A DNA stretch of 64,000 bases from the sequence record MZ502379.1; one strand, given 5' to 3'. Shown here in pieces: positions 1-9,840 of this stretch. Source of the stretch: Escherichia phage vB_EcoM_Shinka. The translations under genes and the position numbers were made by a program. Under the pieces are notes generated by a model that worked only from the letters and a program-made list of their open reading frames with translations, was not told the DNA's origin and ran no database searches. Position 1 is the stretch's first letter, and each line of letters starts with the position of its first letter.

Positions 1-278
1 GCGAAAGTACTAAAGATCTGACTGAGTCTCAAAAAGAAAAAGTCTCTGCTCTGGTCGAAGGTATGGATTATTCAGATGCATTCTCAAGTAAATTGAGTGC
101 AATCGTAGAAATGGTGAAGAAATCTAATAAAGATGAAAGCACTATTACTGAGAGTATAAATACTCCTGATACTGAAGCAGCCGGACTGAATTTCGTCACT
201 GAAGCTGTAGAAGATAAATCTGCACAAGGTGCAGAAGATATTGTAAGTGTATATGCGAAAGTCGCATCTCGTTTCTAA
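1..278 (+). CDS. 22: prohead core scaffold protein gp22, C-terminal fragment (gene starts upstream of window)
   Basis: Reading frame open from window edge to stop at 276-278; lies directly 5-prime of the major capsid gene as in T-even head cluster. Confidence 0.7.
   Translation, partial: ESTKDLTESQKEKVSALVEGMDYSDAFSSKLSAIVEMVKKSNKDESTITESINTPDTEAAGLNFVTEAVEDKSAQGAEDIVSVYAKVASRF
155..162 (+). promoter_or_regulatory. candidate late promoter (TATAAATA) upstream of gene 23
   Basis: Exact TATAAATA inside the 3-prime end of gene 22, ~135 nt before the gene 23 ATG. Confidence 0.4.
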
Positions 279-296
279 TTTTAAAGGTTAACACAA

Positions 297-1862
297 ATGA
301 CTATCAAAACTAAAGCTGAACTTTTGAACAAATGGAAGCCATTACTGGAAGGTGAAGGTTTACCGGAAATTGCTAATAGCAAACAAGCGATTATCGCTAA
401 AATCTTTGAAAACCAGGAAAAAGATTTCCAGACAGCTCCGGAATATAAAGACGAAAAAATTGCTCAGGCATTCGGTTCTTTCTTAACAGAAGCTGAAATC
501 GGTGGTGACCACGGTTACAATGCTACCAACATCGCTGCAGGTCAGACTTCTGGAGCAGTAACTCAGATTGGCCCAGCTGTTATGGGTATGGTACGTCGTG
601 CTATTCCTAACCTGATTGCTTTCGATATTTGTGGTGTTCAGCCAATGAACAGCCCGACTGGCCAAGTATTCGCACTGCGCGCAGTATATGGTAAAGACCC
701 AATCGCTTCCGGTGCTAAAGAAGCATTCCACCCAATGTATGGTCCAGATGCAATGTTCTCTGGTCAGGGTGCTGCTAAGAAATTCGCTGCTTTGAAAGCA
801 AGTGATACTCTTGAAGTCGGAACTATTTACACTCACTTCTTCCAGGAAACTGGTACAGTATATCTGCAAGCTACAGAAGTTAAACAAATTGATTCAAGCG
901 CATCTGACGCAGACAAATTAGATGCTGAAATTAAGAAACAAATGGAAGCTGGTGTACTGGTAGAAATCGCTGAAGGTATGGCTACTTCTATCGCTGAACT
1001 TCAGGAAGGTTTTAACGGTTCTACCGATAACCCATGGAATGAAATGGGCTTCCGTATCGATAAGCAAGTTATCGAAGCTAAATCTCGTCAGCTGAAAGCT
1101 GCTTACTCTATTGAATTAGCACAAGACCTTCGCGCTGTTCACGGTATGGATGCTGATGCTGAACTGTCTGGTATTCTGGCTACCGAAATTATGCTGGAAA
1201 TCAACCGCGAAGTTGTTGATTGGATTAACTACTCCGCTCAGGTTGGTAAATCTGGTATGACCCTGACTCCGGGTTCTAAAGCTGGTGTATTTGACTTCCA
1301 GGACCCAATCGATATTCGTGGTGCTCGCTGGGCAGGTGAATCCTTTAAAGCTCTGTTGTTCCAGATTGACAAAGAAGCAGTTGAAATTGCTCGTCAGACT
1401 GGTCGCGGCGAAGGTAACTTCATTATCGCTTCCCGTAACGTAGTTAACGTTCTGGCTTCAGTTGATACTGGCATTTCTTATGCTGCACAGGGTCTGGCTA
1501 CCGGCTTCAACACTGATACTACCAAGTCAGTATTTGCTGGTGTTCTGGGTGGTAAATACCGCGTATATATCGACCAGTATGCTAAACAGGATTATTTCAC
1601 TGTAGGTTATAAAGGTCCGAACGAAATGGATGCTGGTATTTACTATGCTCCATATGTAGCTCTGACTCCGCTGCGTGGTTCCGATCCGAAGAACTTCCAA
1701 CCGGTAATGGGATTCAAAACTCGTTACGGTATCGGTATCAACCCATTTGCAGAATCCGCTGCTCAGGCTCCGGCTTCTCGCATTCAGAGCGGTATGCCTT
1801 CTATTCTGAATAGCCTTGGTAAAAACGCTTACTTCCGCCGTGTATATGTTAAAGGTATCTAA
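297..1862 (+). CDS. 23: major capsid protein gp23
   Basis: 521-aa ORF, N-terminus MTIKTKAELLNKWKPLLEG; length and sequence match T4 gp23 from memory. Confidence 0.97.
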   Translation: MTIKTKAELLNKWKPLLEGEGLPEIANSKQAIIAKIFENQEKDFQTAPEYKDEKIAQAFGSFLTEAEIGGDHGYNATNIAAGQTSGAVTQIGPAVMGMVRRAIPNLIAFDICGVQPMNSPTGQVFALRAVYGKDPIASGAKEAFHPMYGPDAMFSGQGAAKKFAALKASDTLEVGTIYTHFFQETGTVYLQATEVKQIDSSASDADKLDAEIKKQMEAGVLVEIAEGMATSIAELQEGFNGSTDNPWNEMGFRIDKQVIEAKSRQLKAAYSIELAQDLRAVHGMDADAELSGILATEIMLEINREVVDWINYSAQVGKSGMTLTPGSKAGVFDFQDPIDIRGARWAGESFKALLFQIDKEAVEIARQTGRGEGNFIIASRNVVNVLASVDTGISYAAQGLATGFNTDTTKSVFAGVLGGKYRVYIDQYAKQDYFTVGYKGPNEMDAGIYYAPYVALTPLRGSDPKNFQPVMGFKTRYGIGINPFAESAAQAPASRIQSGMPSILNSLGKNAYFRRVYVKGI

Positions 1863-1877
1863 TCTTTGACGATTTAA

Positions 1878-1907
1878 GGGACCTTCGGGTCCCTTTAGTT
1901 GTTTTTA
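1878..1907 (+). terminator. intrinsic terminator after gene 23
   Basis: GGGACC-TTCG-GGTCCC hairpin followed by a T-rich tract. Confidence 0.65.
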
Positions 1908-1910
1908 TGG

Positions 1911-1918
1911 TATAAATA
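1911..1918 (+). promoter_or_regulatory. late promoter (TATAAATA) for gene 24
   Basis: Exact TATAAATA 28 nt upstream of the ATG. Confidence 0.6.
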
Positions 1919-1945
1919 AATCATATAAACCAAAAGGAAAGCGCA

Positions 1946-3229
1946 ATGGCTAAAATCAACGAACTTCTGCGCGAATCAACCACAACGAATAGCAACTCAA
2001 TCGGTCGCCCAAATCTCGTTGCTTTGACTCGCGCTACCACTAAATTAATATATTCTGACATTGTAGCAACGCAAAGAACTAATCAACCTGTTGCTGCTTT
2101 TTATGGTATCAAATACCTTAACCCAGACAATGAATTTACATTTAAAACTGGTGCTACTTATGCTGGCGAAGCTGGATATGTAGACCGAGAACAAATCACA
2201 GAATTAACAGAAGAGTCTAAATTAACTCTCAATAAGGGCGATTTATTCAAATATAATAATATCGTTTATAAAGTATTAGAAGATACACCATTTGCTGATA
2301 TTGAAGAAAGCGATTTAGAATTAGCTCTTCAGATTGCAATCGTTCTTTTAAAGGTTCGTCTATTTTCTGATGCTGCAGTAACAAGCAAATTTGAAAACTC
2401 TGATAGCGAAATTGCGGATGCTAGATTCCAGATTAATAAATGGCAAACCGCAGTTAAATCTCGTAAACTTAAAACTGGCATCACAGTTGAATTAGCACAA
2501 GATTTAGAAGCAAATGGATTCGATGCTCCTAATTTCTTGGAAGATTTGCTTGCAACTGAAATGGCGGATGAAATCAATAAAGATATTCTGCAGTCTTTGA
2601 TTACAGTGTCAAAACGTTATAAAGTTACAGGAATTACTGATACTGGATTCATTGATTTGAGTTATGCATCTGCACCTGAAGCTGGTCGTTCATTATACCG
2701 AATGGTATGTGAAATGGTTTCGCATATCCAAAAAGAATCAACTTATACAGCAACGTTCTGTGTTGCTTCAGCTCGTGCCGCTGCGATTCTTGCTGCATCA
2801 GGTTGGTTAAAACATAAACCAGAAGATGATAAATATCTTTCACAAAATGCCTATGGGTTCTTAGCTAATGGTTTACCGCTTTATTGCGATACCAACAGTC
2901 CATTAGATTATGTAATCGTTGGCGTAGTAGAAAATATCGGTGAAAAAGAAATTGTTGGATCAATTTTCTATGCTCCGTATACAGAAGGTCTCGACTTAGA
3001 TGACCCTGAACATGTAGGTGCATTTAAAGTTGTTGTTGATCCAGAAAGCTTACAGCCGTCTATCGGTTTATTAGTTAGATATGCTTTATCAGCAAATCCT
3101 TATACCGTAGCAAAAGATGAAAAAGAAGCAAGAATAATTGATGGTGGAGACATGGATAAAATGGCGGGTCGTTCAGATTTGTCTGTTTTATTAGGTGTTA
3201 AATTACCAAAAATTATCATTGATGAATAA
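1946..3229 (+). CDS. 24: capsid vertex protein gp24
   Basis: 427-aa ORF paralogous to gp23 region, position after gene 23; matches T4 gp24 length. Confidence 0.95.
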   Translation: MAKINELLRESTTTNSNSIGRPNLVALTRATTKLIYSDIVATQRTNQPVAAFYGIKYLNPDNEFTFKTGATYAGEAGYVDREQITELTEESKLTLNKGDLFKYNNIVYKVLEDTPFADIEESDLELALQIAIVLLKVRLFSDAAVTSKFENSDSEIADARFQINKWQTAVKSRKLKTGITVELAQDLEANGFDAPNFLEDLLATEMADEINKDILQSLITVSKRYKVTGITDTGFIDLSYASAPEAGRSLYRMVCEMVSHIQKESTYTATFCVASARAAAILAASGWLKHKPEDDKYLSQNAYGFLANGLPLYCDTNSPLDYVIVGVVENIGEKEIVGSIFYAPYTEGLDLDDPEHVGAFKVVVDPESLQPSIGLLVRYALSANPYTVAKDEKEARIIDGGDMDKMAGRSDLSVLLGVKLPKIIIDE

Positions 3230-3235
3230 AACAAA

Positions 3236-3260
3236 GGGACCTTTCGGTCCCTTTTTATTT
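3236..3260. terminator. bidirectional intrinsic terminator between convergent genes 24 and rnlB
   Basis: GGGACC-TTTC-GGTCCC hairpin flanked by A-tract and T-tract. Confidence 0.65.
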
Positions 3261-4263
3261 AACTTACCAATTCAATCCAAGCCGGACGAAGTACATCTTG
3301 TACCATTTTAACTAATTCCTTTTTAATCAAAGAAGGATTATCCGCTTGAGTTAGAGTAATACCTTCACGAGAAGTTTCTTCCAAAATATCTTGAACAGTT
3401 AGCCCCATCACCTTTCCAAAATCCTTTGGACCAATTTCGCCAATTTTAGAAATAACGTTATTTACTCGGTTTAGTGTAACGTAACAAGCTAAAATCCCCA
3501 CCAATTTGTTATCAGCTTCTGACAGTTCAACTTTAGCTTTAATAGGCTTATCAGACTTTTTCTTTTCACTAAATTTAGAATTCTTGCATTTGATGGCTAC
3601 ACGATTGCGATTAGGCAGCCAAGAAGGATAACAAGGTTTCAATACATATCCTTCAGCGGTAAATACTTCGCCTTTGTCTTCAGCTTTCCAAACACATTTG
3701 TTAGCGTCAATTAAACCTGCATTATCTACGGTAAAATTATAAGACGGAACAACAGAATCCAAATCATTTGGCAATTTAATAAGCTCTTCAAATTTACCGC
3801 GACCTAAAAGTGGAGCTATTTTAAATTTAAATGTATTGCAGAATGATTCCATCATATAATCGTCGACATAAGTCACATCGCCACTTTCTGTAGTGACAAT
3901 AATGTCAAATACATAAAAATCTTTATCACCATAATCGACATTCTTCTGAATGCCAGGTCCAGCGAATTCGCCAAATACTTGATAAGATACAACTGCTGAA
4001 GTTTCCATAATATCTTGTACTGCTTTAATGGAATCAGCGTAATTCTTTAGAATAATTTCATACCCAAAGAAATCTTCAGCAGGAAGAATAGGACCAGTAC
4101 GTTTAGCGCAAGTTACTTTATCACGCTCAATAATCAATGAGAAATTTGTGCCGTGAATCTTTTCACGAGCTACCCACTCCCCACCAGTCAATCCCAAGCT
4201 GTAAAGTTTTTCAATGAATTTAGAATTGTAATGATTTTCAAGACTACTATACTTTTTAAACAT
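3259..4263 (-). CDS. rnlB: RNA ligase 2 (Rnl2)
   Basis: 334-aa ORF with KIHGTN nucleotidyltransferase lysine motif; T4 Rnl2 length. Confidence 0.93.
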   Translation of the reverse strand: MFKKYSSLENHYNSKFIEKLYSLGLTGGEWVAREKIHGTNFSLIIERDKVTCAKRTGPILPAEDFFGYEIILKNYADSIKAVQDIMETSAVVSYQVFGEFAGPGIQKNVDYGDKDFYVFDIIVTTESGDVTYVDDYMMESFCNTFKFKIAPLLGRGKFEELIKLPNDLDSVVPSYNFTVDNAGLIDANKCVWKAEDKGEVFTAEGYVLKPCYPSWLPNRNRVAIKCKNSKFSEKKKSDKPIKAKVELSEADNKLVGILACYVTLNRVNNVISKIGEIGPKDFGKVMGLTVQDILEETSREGITLTQADNPSLIKKELVKMVQDVLRPAWIELVS

Positions 4264-4272
4264 AATTAATCC

Positions 4273-4551
4273 TCAAAATGTAATTTCTAACCAATCACCA
4301 TCACGCTGATCACTATTAACTTTAAAGATGAATCCTTCTTTTCTCAGCCAATCACCAATTTCTTCAGTAATCAATTTATCACGAGCAATACAATAATAAT
4401 TAAAATGTGTTTTACCCTGTTCAGCTGCTTTATTAGCAAGTTCCGAAAAATCTTTAATAAAACACTCTAGCTTAAACTGTTTACTTTTAAATGCTTTTTC
4501 GCGTAATTGATTAGCAAAAGATTCATTTTCATAAAGATCATACTGTTCCAT
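4273..4551 (-). CDS. hypothetical protein (24.2 position)
   Basis: 92-aa ORF tightly packed after rnlB. Confidence 0.65.
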   Translation of the reverse strand: MEQYDLYENESFANQLREKAFKSKQFKLECFIKDFSELANKAAEQGKTHFNYYCIARDKLITEEIGDWLRKEGFIFKVNSDQRDGDWLEITF

Positions 4552-4554
4552 TTT

Positions 4555-4752
4555 TCACCTTTTATTAATATGTCTTTTTCTATAGACAACTTTTTCTCGA
4601 GTTTCAAATTTATTCTTAGCAGTCATAGCTCGAGCCCATAATACAGCCACTTCTTTTGCCTGTAAGTTTAATTCACGAGCAATTTCAATGAATGACTTTC
4701 CAGACTCATGAAGAGTAAACACCACAACCTCAGTTCTCATAATCAATCTCAT
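4555..4752 (-). CDS. small putative HTH protein (24.3 position)
   Basis: 65-aa ORF, helix-turn-helix-like segment SGKSFIEIARELNL. Confidence 0.6.
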   Translation of the reverse strand: MRLIMRTEVVVFTLHESGKSFIEIARELNLQAKEVAVLWARAMTAKNKFETREKVVYRKRHINKR

Positions 4753-4807
4753 GTTATCGAGTTGATGCCATTATATACATCATTTTCTGAGTATGTTTTG
4801 TGTGCTT

Positions 4808-4834
4808 TCAAAATGAAGAAAGGGGCCGAAGCCC
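4808..4834 (-). terminator. hairpin terminator downstream of hoc
   Basis: GGGGC-TTCG-GCCCC (minus) followed by TTTCTTCATTTT. Confidence 0.45.
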
Positions 4835-4847
4835 CTTATGATTATGA

Positions 4848-5978
4848 TTATGGATAGGTATAGATGATACCAGTTTCTAAAGCAGTTTTATGAATGATGT
4901 ATCCATTACGCGATTCTTGAACATCAACTTCTGGATAGTCTTTCATCATCTTCTGAAGAGTGTAACGATGTAGGTAATATTTACTATCTGGGTCGTCAGT
5001 TTTCCAATCTTTACCTTCTTCGGTCATTTTTTGGATTTCATCCATAACCCACCAACCGCACCAGATATAAGCTGAAGTACGATGTGGAAGAGGATGAACA
5101 TAAGGTAGTTCACCTTCTGGTTCTGGAGCAACTTTATCAGTTACCTGAACTTGACCTTCTGCTGTAATAGTTTTGCTATCGTAATCAGTTGCAGTAACAG
5201 TTGCAGTAACTTCAATAGTTTGACTTCCAATAGATGAGGTATCAACGGTATATACATTAGTTGACCCTTCTACAGGAGAAGAATCTTTCTTCCACGAGTA
5301 AGTAATTTGTGCTGCGCCAGGTGCGCTAGTAACATTAGCGGTAAATGTAGCCGAAGCATCTTGCTGAACGTTAATAGAAGGAGGAGTCAATGTAACCTGT
5401 GGATTCATTGTCTTCTTATTAACTGTCAATGATACTTCATTCGAAGTAACGCTCAGTGCATCATAATCTTTCGCTGTTACTTGAGCTACACACTTGATTT
5501 TTTTAACTCCACTTGCGGTAGGAGTGTAATTGAATGTAGCAGAAGTTGCTTCGACCACAGGAGAACCGTCAACGTGCCATTGATACGTAGCAGATGCGCC
5601 TGATGGTTGAGAAGCTAAAGCAGCAGTAAATTCAACAGCTGTTCCAATCACTCCAGCCGCAGGACTAGCAGGAGTTACAGCTAAGGTAGTCGTCTGTGTC
5701 TTATTTTGAACTGTGATAGTTGTTGTCGCTTCAGCCGTTTCCGGGCCTCCTTCAGAAAGTGTATTTGTTGCAACAACTTTAATTGTTTTTGTTCCAGCAG
5801 GTCCTTTTAACACATAATCAAAAGTTTCTGCCGATCCTACTTGAGGAGCATCGTCTATACTCCATGCATAGGTAATAGTTCCACCTCCAGTTTCACCACT
5901 GGGTGTAGCAGTAAACTGCTTGGTTTCATCAATAACCCCTGTTGGTGTTTTAGGAGTTATATCAACTGTAAAAGTCAT
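4848..5978 (-). CDS. hoc: highly immunogenic outer capsid protein Hoc
   Basis: 376-aa ORF, Thr/Ser/Val-rich tandem Ig-like segments; T4 Hoc length. Confidence 0.93.
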   Translation of the reverse strand: MTFTVDITPKTPTGVIDETKQFTATPSGETGGGTITYAWSIDDAPQVGSAETFDYVLKGPAGTKTIKVVATNTLSEGGPETAEATTTITVQNKTQTTTLAVTPASPAAGVIGTAVEFTAALASQPSGASATYQWHVDGSPVVEATSATFNYTPTASGVKKIKCVAQVTAKDYDALSVTSNEVSLTVNKKTMNPQVTLTPPSINVQQDASATFTANVTSAPGAAQITYSWKKDSSPVEGSTNVYTVDTSSIGSQTIEVTATVTATDYDSKTITAEGQVQVTDKVAPEPEGELPYVHPLPHRTSAYIWCGWWVMDEIQKMTEEGKDWKTDDPDSKYYLHRYTLQKMMKDYPEVDVQESRNGYIIHKTALETGIIYTYP

Positions 5979-5987
5979 AAGTTATCC

Positions 5988-6668
5988 TTATTTTAATGTT
6001 ACGAAAGAAGAGTTGCGTGTTTCACGAATTAAAACTGATCCATCACGATTAATGTAATAAATTAAGCTAAATAAAGTTTGGTGTGCTGACGCATGTTCAA
6101 AACTTGTTGGGTGAGATTTCCAATCAGGAGTTTCAGCAATCCATTGATAAATCCACCAAGGAACAGTACAGAATCCTGGATTTTTTCCAATCAACTGAAG
6201 ATTCGGGCTAAAGTTTTCCGGAAGAGTAAATACAGACGGCTTTTCAGATTCAATAATCTCAGCTACAGCCTGTTCAAATTTTTCTTCAACAAATGGAGTA
6301 TCTTCAATCAAAACATCGGTATTTTCAGGAATTTTATCTGTTTCTACTACTTCAATTTTAATGTCAGATTTAACCGGAGAATCAATCAAAAGTGCTGCTT
6401 CTGGATTGACTTCTTCATCGTCATATTTTAACCCCTCTGCAGCATCAGCAGCATCAATTAAGTCTTTAATAGATAACCCATCAGTCTCCGGCATAGGTTC
6501 ACTAGCGAGCTTCTGGAGGGCTTCTTCAATATCAACAACGATATTATCAAAAGATTTATTCTTTTTGACCTTTATACCAAACTGTTCAGCATATTCAGCT
6601 AATTTAGCTTTAGCTTCTTTGTTATCATCAAGAGCCTTCAGCTCTGCAATATAATCTTTATCTATCAT
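5988..6668 (-). CDS. inh: Inh, inhibitor of prohead protease (hoc.1)
   Basis: 226-aa acidic ORF directly upstream of hoc; matches T4 Inh length. Confidence 0.85.
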   Translation of the reverse strand: MIDKDYIAELKALDDNKEAKAKLAEYAEQFGIKVKKNKSFDNIVVDIEEALQKLASEPMPETDGLSIKDLIDAADAAEGLKYDDEEVNPEAALLIDSPVKSDIKIEVVETDKIPENTDVLIEDTPFVEEKFEQAVAEIIESEKPSVFTLPENFSPNLQLIGKNPGFCTVPWWIYQWIAETPDWKSHPTSFEHASAHQTLFSLIYYINRDGSVLIRETRNSSFVTLK

Positions 6669-6681
6669 AATATTTCCTCAG

Positions 6682-6689
6682 TATAAATA
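6682..6689 (+). promoter_or_regulatory. late promoter (TATAAATA) for uvsW
   Basis: Exact TATAAATA ~30 nt upstream of the uvsW ATG. Confidence 0.6.
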
Positions 6690-6718
6690 TAGATATATTT
6701 ATTACATGGTATTTAGAC

Positions 6719-8230
6719 ATGACTGACATTAAAGTACATTTTTATGATTTTAGTCACGTGAGAATTGATTGTGAAGAAAGTACATTTCATGAACTCCGTG
6801 ATTTCTTTAGCTTTGAAGCTGATGGGTATCGTTTTAATCCGAAGTACAGATATGGCCACTGGGATGGACGAATCCGTCTGTTAGATTATAATCGTCTTCT
6901 TCCATTCGGCTTAGTCGGGCAAATTAAAAAGTTCTGTGATAACTTTGGCTATAAAGCCTGGATTGACCCACAAATTAACGAAAAAGAAGAATTATCAAGA
7001 AAAGATTTTGATGAATGGCTTTCTAAATTAGAAATCTATTCAGGAAATAAAAGAATTGAACCACACTGGTATCAAAAAGATGCAGTGTTCGAAGGATTAG
7101 TTAATCGTCGTAGAATTCTTAATCTTCCAACATCCGCTGGTAAATCGTTAATTCAAGCTTTGCTTGCGCGATATTATTTGGAAAATTATGAAGGTAAAAT
7201 TCTTATCATTGTTCCAACAACTGCTCTGACAACTCAGATGGCTGATGACTTTGTTGACTATCGTTTATTCAGTCATGCAATGATAAAGAAAATTGGTGGC
7301 GGAGCATCAAAAGATGATAAATATAAAAATGATGCACCAGTCGTTGTTGGTACATGGCAAACTGTAGTTAAACAACCAAAAGAATGGTTCTCACAGTTTG
7401 GAATGATGATGAATGATGAATGCCATCTTGCTACAGGAAAAAGTATTTCATCTATCATATCAGGTTTAAATAACTGTATGTTTAAATTTGGTCTATCAGG
7501 TTCATTACGTGATGGCAAAGCCAATATCATGCAGTATGTTGGAATGTTTGGTGAAATATTTAAGCCAGTAACGACTTCTAAGTTAATGGAAGATGGACAA
7601 GTAACTGAGCTAAAAATTAATAGTATTTTTCTTCGCTATCCCGATGAGTTCACTACTAAATTAAAGGGAAAAACTTATCAAGAAGAAATAAAAATTATTA
7701 CTGGGCTCAGTAAAAGAAATAAATGGATCGCTAAATTAGCTATTAAGCTTGCACAAAAAGATGAAAACGCTTTTGTCATGTTTAAACATGTATCGCATGG
7801 TAAAGCTATTTTCGATTTAATTAAAAACGAATACGATAAAGTTTATTACGTATCAGGGGAAGTTGATACCGAAACCCGCAATATAATGAAAACCTTAGCT
7901 GAAAATGGTAAAGGAATAATTATAGTAGCTAGTTATGGTGTATTTTCTACTGGTATTTCAGTTAAAAATCTGCATCACGTTGTTTTAGCGCACGGTGTTA
8001 AATCAAAAATCATTGTATTACAAACAATCGGTCGTGTATTACGTAAGCATGGTTCTAAGACAATAGCAACAGTCTGGGATCTTATAGATGACGCGGGCGT
8101 CAAGCCAAAATCTGCTAATACGAAAAAGAAATATGTTCATTTGAACTATCTTTTAAAACACGGCATTGATCGTATTCAGCGCTACGCAGATGAAAAATTT
8201 AATTACGTAATGAAAACAGTTAATTTATAA
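6719..8230 (+). CDS. uvsW: UvsW RNA-DNA and DNA-DNA helicase
   Basis: 503-aa ORF with SF2 helicase motifs (Walker A PTSAGKS, DECH box MNDECHL). Confidence 0.95.
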   Translation: MTDIKVHFYDFSHVRIDCEESTFHELRDFFSFEADGYRFNPKYRYGHWDGRIRLLDYNRLLPFGLVGQIKKFCDNFGYKAWIDPQINEKEELSRKDFDEWLSKLEIYSGNKRIEPHWYQKDAVFEGLVNRRRILNLPTSAGKSLIQALLARYYLENYEGKILIIVPTTALTTQMADDFVDYRLFSHAMIKKIGGGASKDDKYKNDAPVVVGTWQTVVKQPKEWFSQFGMMMNDECHLATGKSISSIISGLNNCMFKFGLSGSLRDGKANIMQYVGMFGEIFKPVTTSKLMEDGQVTELKINSIFLRYPDEFTTKLKGKTYQEEIKIITGLSKRNKWIAKLAIKLAQKDENAFVMFKHVSHGKAIFDLIKNEYDKVYYVSGEVDTETRNIMKTLAENGKGIIIVASYGVFSTGISVKNLHHVVLAHGVKSKIIVLQTIGRVLRKHGSKTIATVWDLIDDAGVKPKSANTKKKYVHLNYLLKHGIDRIQRYADEKFNYVMKTVNL

Positions 8231-8255
8231 GGGCTTCGGCCCTTTGGAGAAAAAG

Positions 8256-8486
8256 ATGTTACTAGGATTTAAACAATTTCTTTATGAAGCTTCTATTGAT
8301 GAATTTATGGGTAAAATTGCCTCTTGTCAAACATTAGAAGGTCTAGAAGAACTTGAAGCTTATTATAAGAAAAGAGTCAAAGAAACTGAATTAAAAGATA
8401 CTGATGACATCTCTGTGAGAGATGCTTTGGCAGGAAAAAGAGCTGAATTAGAAGATTCAGACGATGAAGTAGAAGAAAGCTTTTAA
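8256..8486 (+). CDS. uvsW.1: UvsW.1 small acidic protein
   Basis: 76-aa ORF from ATG 8256 with GGAGA Shine-Dalgarno at 8246-8250; the track start at 8244 is a TTG extension. Confidence 0.8.
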   Translation: MLLGFKQFLYEASIDEFMGKIASCQTLEGLEELEAYYKKRVKETELKDTDDISVRDALAGKRAELEDSDDEVEESF

Positions 8487-8541
8487 ATTAAAAAAGGCCC
8501 AACCAAAAAGGAAGGGCCAAAACTATAGACTAAAGGTCACA

Positions 8542-8709
8542 CTATAGCAAAAGTTGTGTTTCATTTAATTGTTCTTCCGAACTTTCTGAAACTGGTAGTT
8601 CTTTAATGTAATTATAGCAAGGCCCAGGATGTACAGGACCTTTGTCTGTTTCAACAACCAATGCAGAATCGATTGGAGTTTTACAGACAACACAAATCTT
8701 ATCTGACAT
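8542..8709 (-). CDS. small CxxC protein (uvsY.-2 position)
   Basis: 55-aa ORF below the track cutoff, hand-translated MSDKICVVCKTPIDS...; strong GAGGAG Shine-Dalgarno. Confidence 0.55.
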   Translation of the reverse strand: MSDKICVVCKTPIDSALVVETDKGPVHPGPCYNYIKELPVSESSEEQLNETQLLL

Positions 8710-8737
8710 GATTGTCTCCTCTGAATTATATATCTAT

Positions 8738-8962
8738 TTATACAACTCTCATATGCATATCAATGCCCATATCTTTAGAATAAAAATATTCATCAAGATA
8801 TCCAGCAAATTTTCCTTTAATATAAAGGACATCTTCACCGCACGGGTGATCGGCCAGGATACGAATATCCTGACGCTTGAGATTATACTTTTTCATTAAG
8901 AATTGAATTTCCGTTTCAAATTCTTCTTCATAATTAAAAGCATCATCAATGCTATATCTCAT
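8738..8962 (-). CDS. hypothetical protein (uvsY.-1 position)
   Basis: 74-aa ORF immediately downstream of uvsY. Confidence 0.65.
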   Translation of the reverse strand: MRYSIDDAFNYEEEFETEIQFLMKKYNLKRQDIRILADHPCGEDVLYIKGKFAGYLDEYFYSKDMGIDMHMRVV

Positions 8963-9375
8963 TATTTTCCAGCCTCAAATGCCCGCATGTCTTGAATATG
9001 CTTAATAGCAAATCCACGTGATTTGATAGCATCAAGAGCTCCGCTACAGAAATCTAATAAAATTCCCCAATATTGTAATGAAGTATCAACCTTTAAAACA
9101 TCCTTATCAGCTGATAGAACTGTCTTCATTTCTGATTTCTCGTAACGATCCATACTAAATTCATCACCATCTCCTCGTCCCGAGTAGTAGTCTAATTTAG
9201 CTTTAAGAGCAACTTTTTTCTGTGCTTCAATTCTAAGCATTTCCTTTTTAATACTTGAATGCTTATTAAGCCATTTACTATATAACATCACATTATTAGC
9301 TGCTTCATACTGTAATTTAGTCGAATCTATAAACACATCTTTCTTCAATTCTTCTTGAAGATCTTCTAATCTCAT
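8962..9375 (-). CDS. uvsY: UvsY recombination mediator
   Basis: 137-aa ORF MRLEDLQEELKKDVF...; T4 UvsY length and sequence from memory. Confidence 0.95.
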   Translation of the reverse strand: MRLEDLQEELKKDVFIDSTKLQYEAANNVMLYSKWLNKHSSIKKEMLRIEAQKKVALKAKLDYYSGRGDGDEFSMDRYEKSEMKTVLSADKDVLKVDTSLQYWGILLDFCSGALDAIKSRGFAIKHIQDMRAFEAGK

Positions 9376-9415
9376 ATTGTTCTCTATTCAATTGTTATTG
9401 GATGGACTTAGATTC

Positions 9416-9443
9416 ATTATACCACGTTTATACGTGAAGCATT
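9416..9443 (-). promoter_or_regulatory. MotA-dependent middle promoter for uvsY
   Basis: MotA-box-like AATGCTTCA, 13-nt spacer, then TATAAT on the minus strand. Confidence 0.55.
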
Positions 9444-9840
9444 ATACTCTATTACTGGAAGCCAGTTGCAGTTTTATCTGCTCAATATCATCAGGGTTAT
9501 CGATGACCGAAAAGCGTATTTCTACTATCAGAGTATAATCATCATAAACGGGTATCACATTAACTGCTAATTTATCAATACGTGGCTCATAGTTTCTTAC
9601 TGCGCTTTCGATATTGCGCTCAACCGTATCAGCAGTAAGAGGAGTCATATTTTCAAAAAGCTGATCTGATAAATCACATCCAAATTCAGGGTCAAACGGT
9701 CTTGAACCTTTTCTTGTTGTAATAATTCCCAAAAGACTGTTTTTAATTGACCTTAATCCAAGCGATCTGGAAACGTCTTTGTTCCAATCCATTTTCATTT
9801 CCGGGTCAATGTCAGAATAAAGCTTATTAATATTTGACAT
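9442..9840 (-). CDS. 25: baseplate wedge protein gp25
   Basis: 132-aa ORF, T4 gp25 length, downstream of gene 26. Confidence 0.93.
   Translation of the reverse strand: MSNINKLYSDIDPEMKMDWNKDVSRSLGLRSIKNSLLGIITTRKGSRPFDPEFGCDLSDQLFENMTPLTADTVERNIESAVRNYEPRIDKLAVNVIPVYDDYTLIVEIRFSVIDNPDDIEQIKLQLASSNRV

Noticed and set aside
483-887. Antisense ORFs inside well-supported genes (483-887 minus within gene 23; 6093-6654 plus within inh; 30686-31093 plus within pseT; 51103-51573 minus and 52032-52904 plus within gene 37; many others)
   Set aside because: Each lies wholly inside a recognisable conserved gene on the opposite strand, has low-complexity or Cys/Phe-rich composition and no ribosome-binding site. 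Treated as chance ORFs.
8231-8255. uvsW / uvsW.1 junction as a possible frameshift that splits one helicase gene
   Set aside because: uvsW ends with a clean stop, followed by a GC hairpin, a GGAGA Shine-Dalgarno and an ATG for a 76-codon ORF. That fits two separate genes, which I believe matches the corrected T4 annotation.
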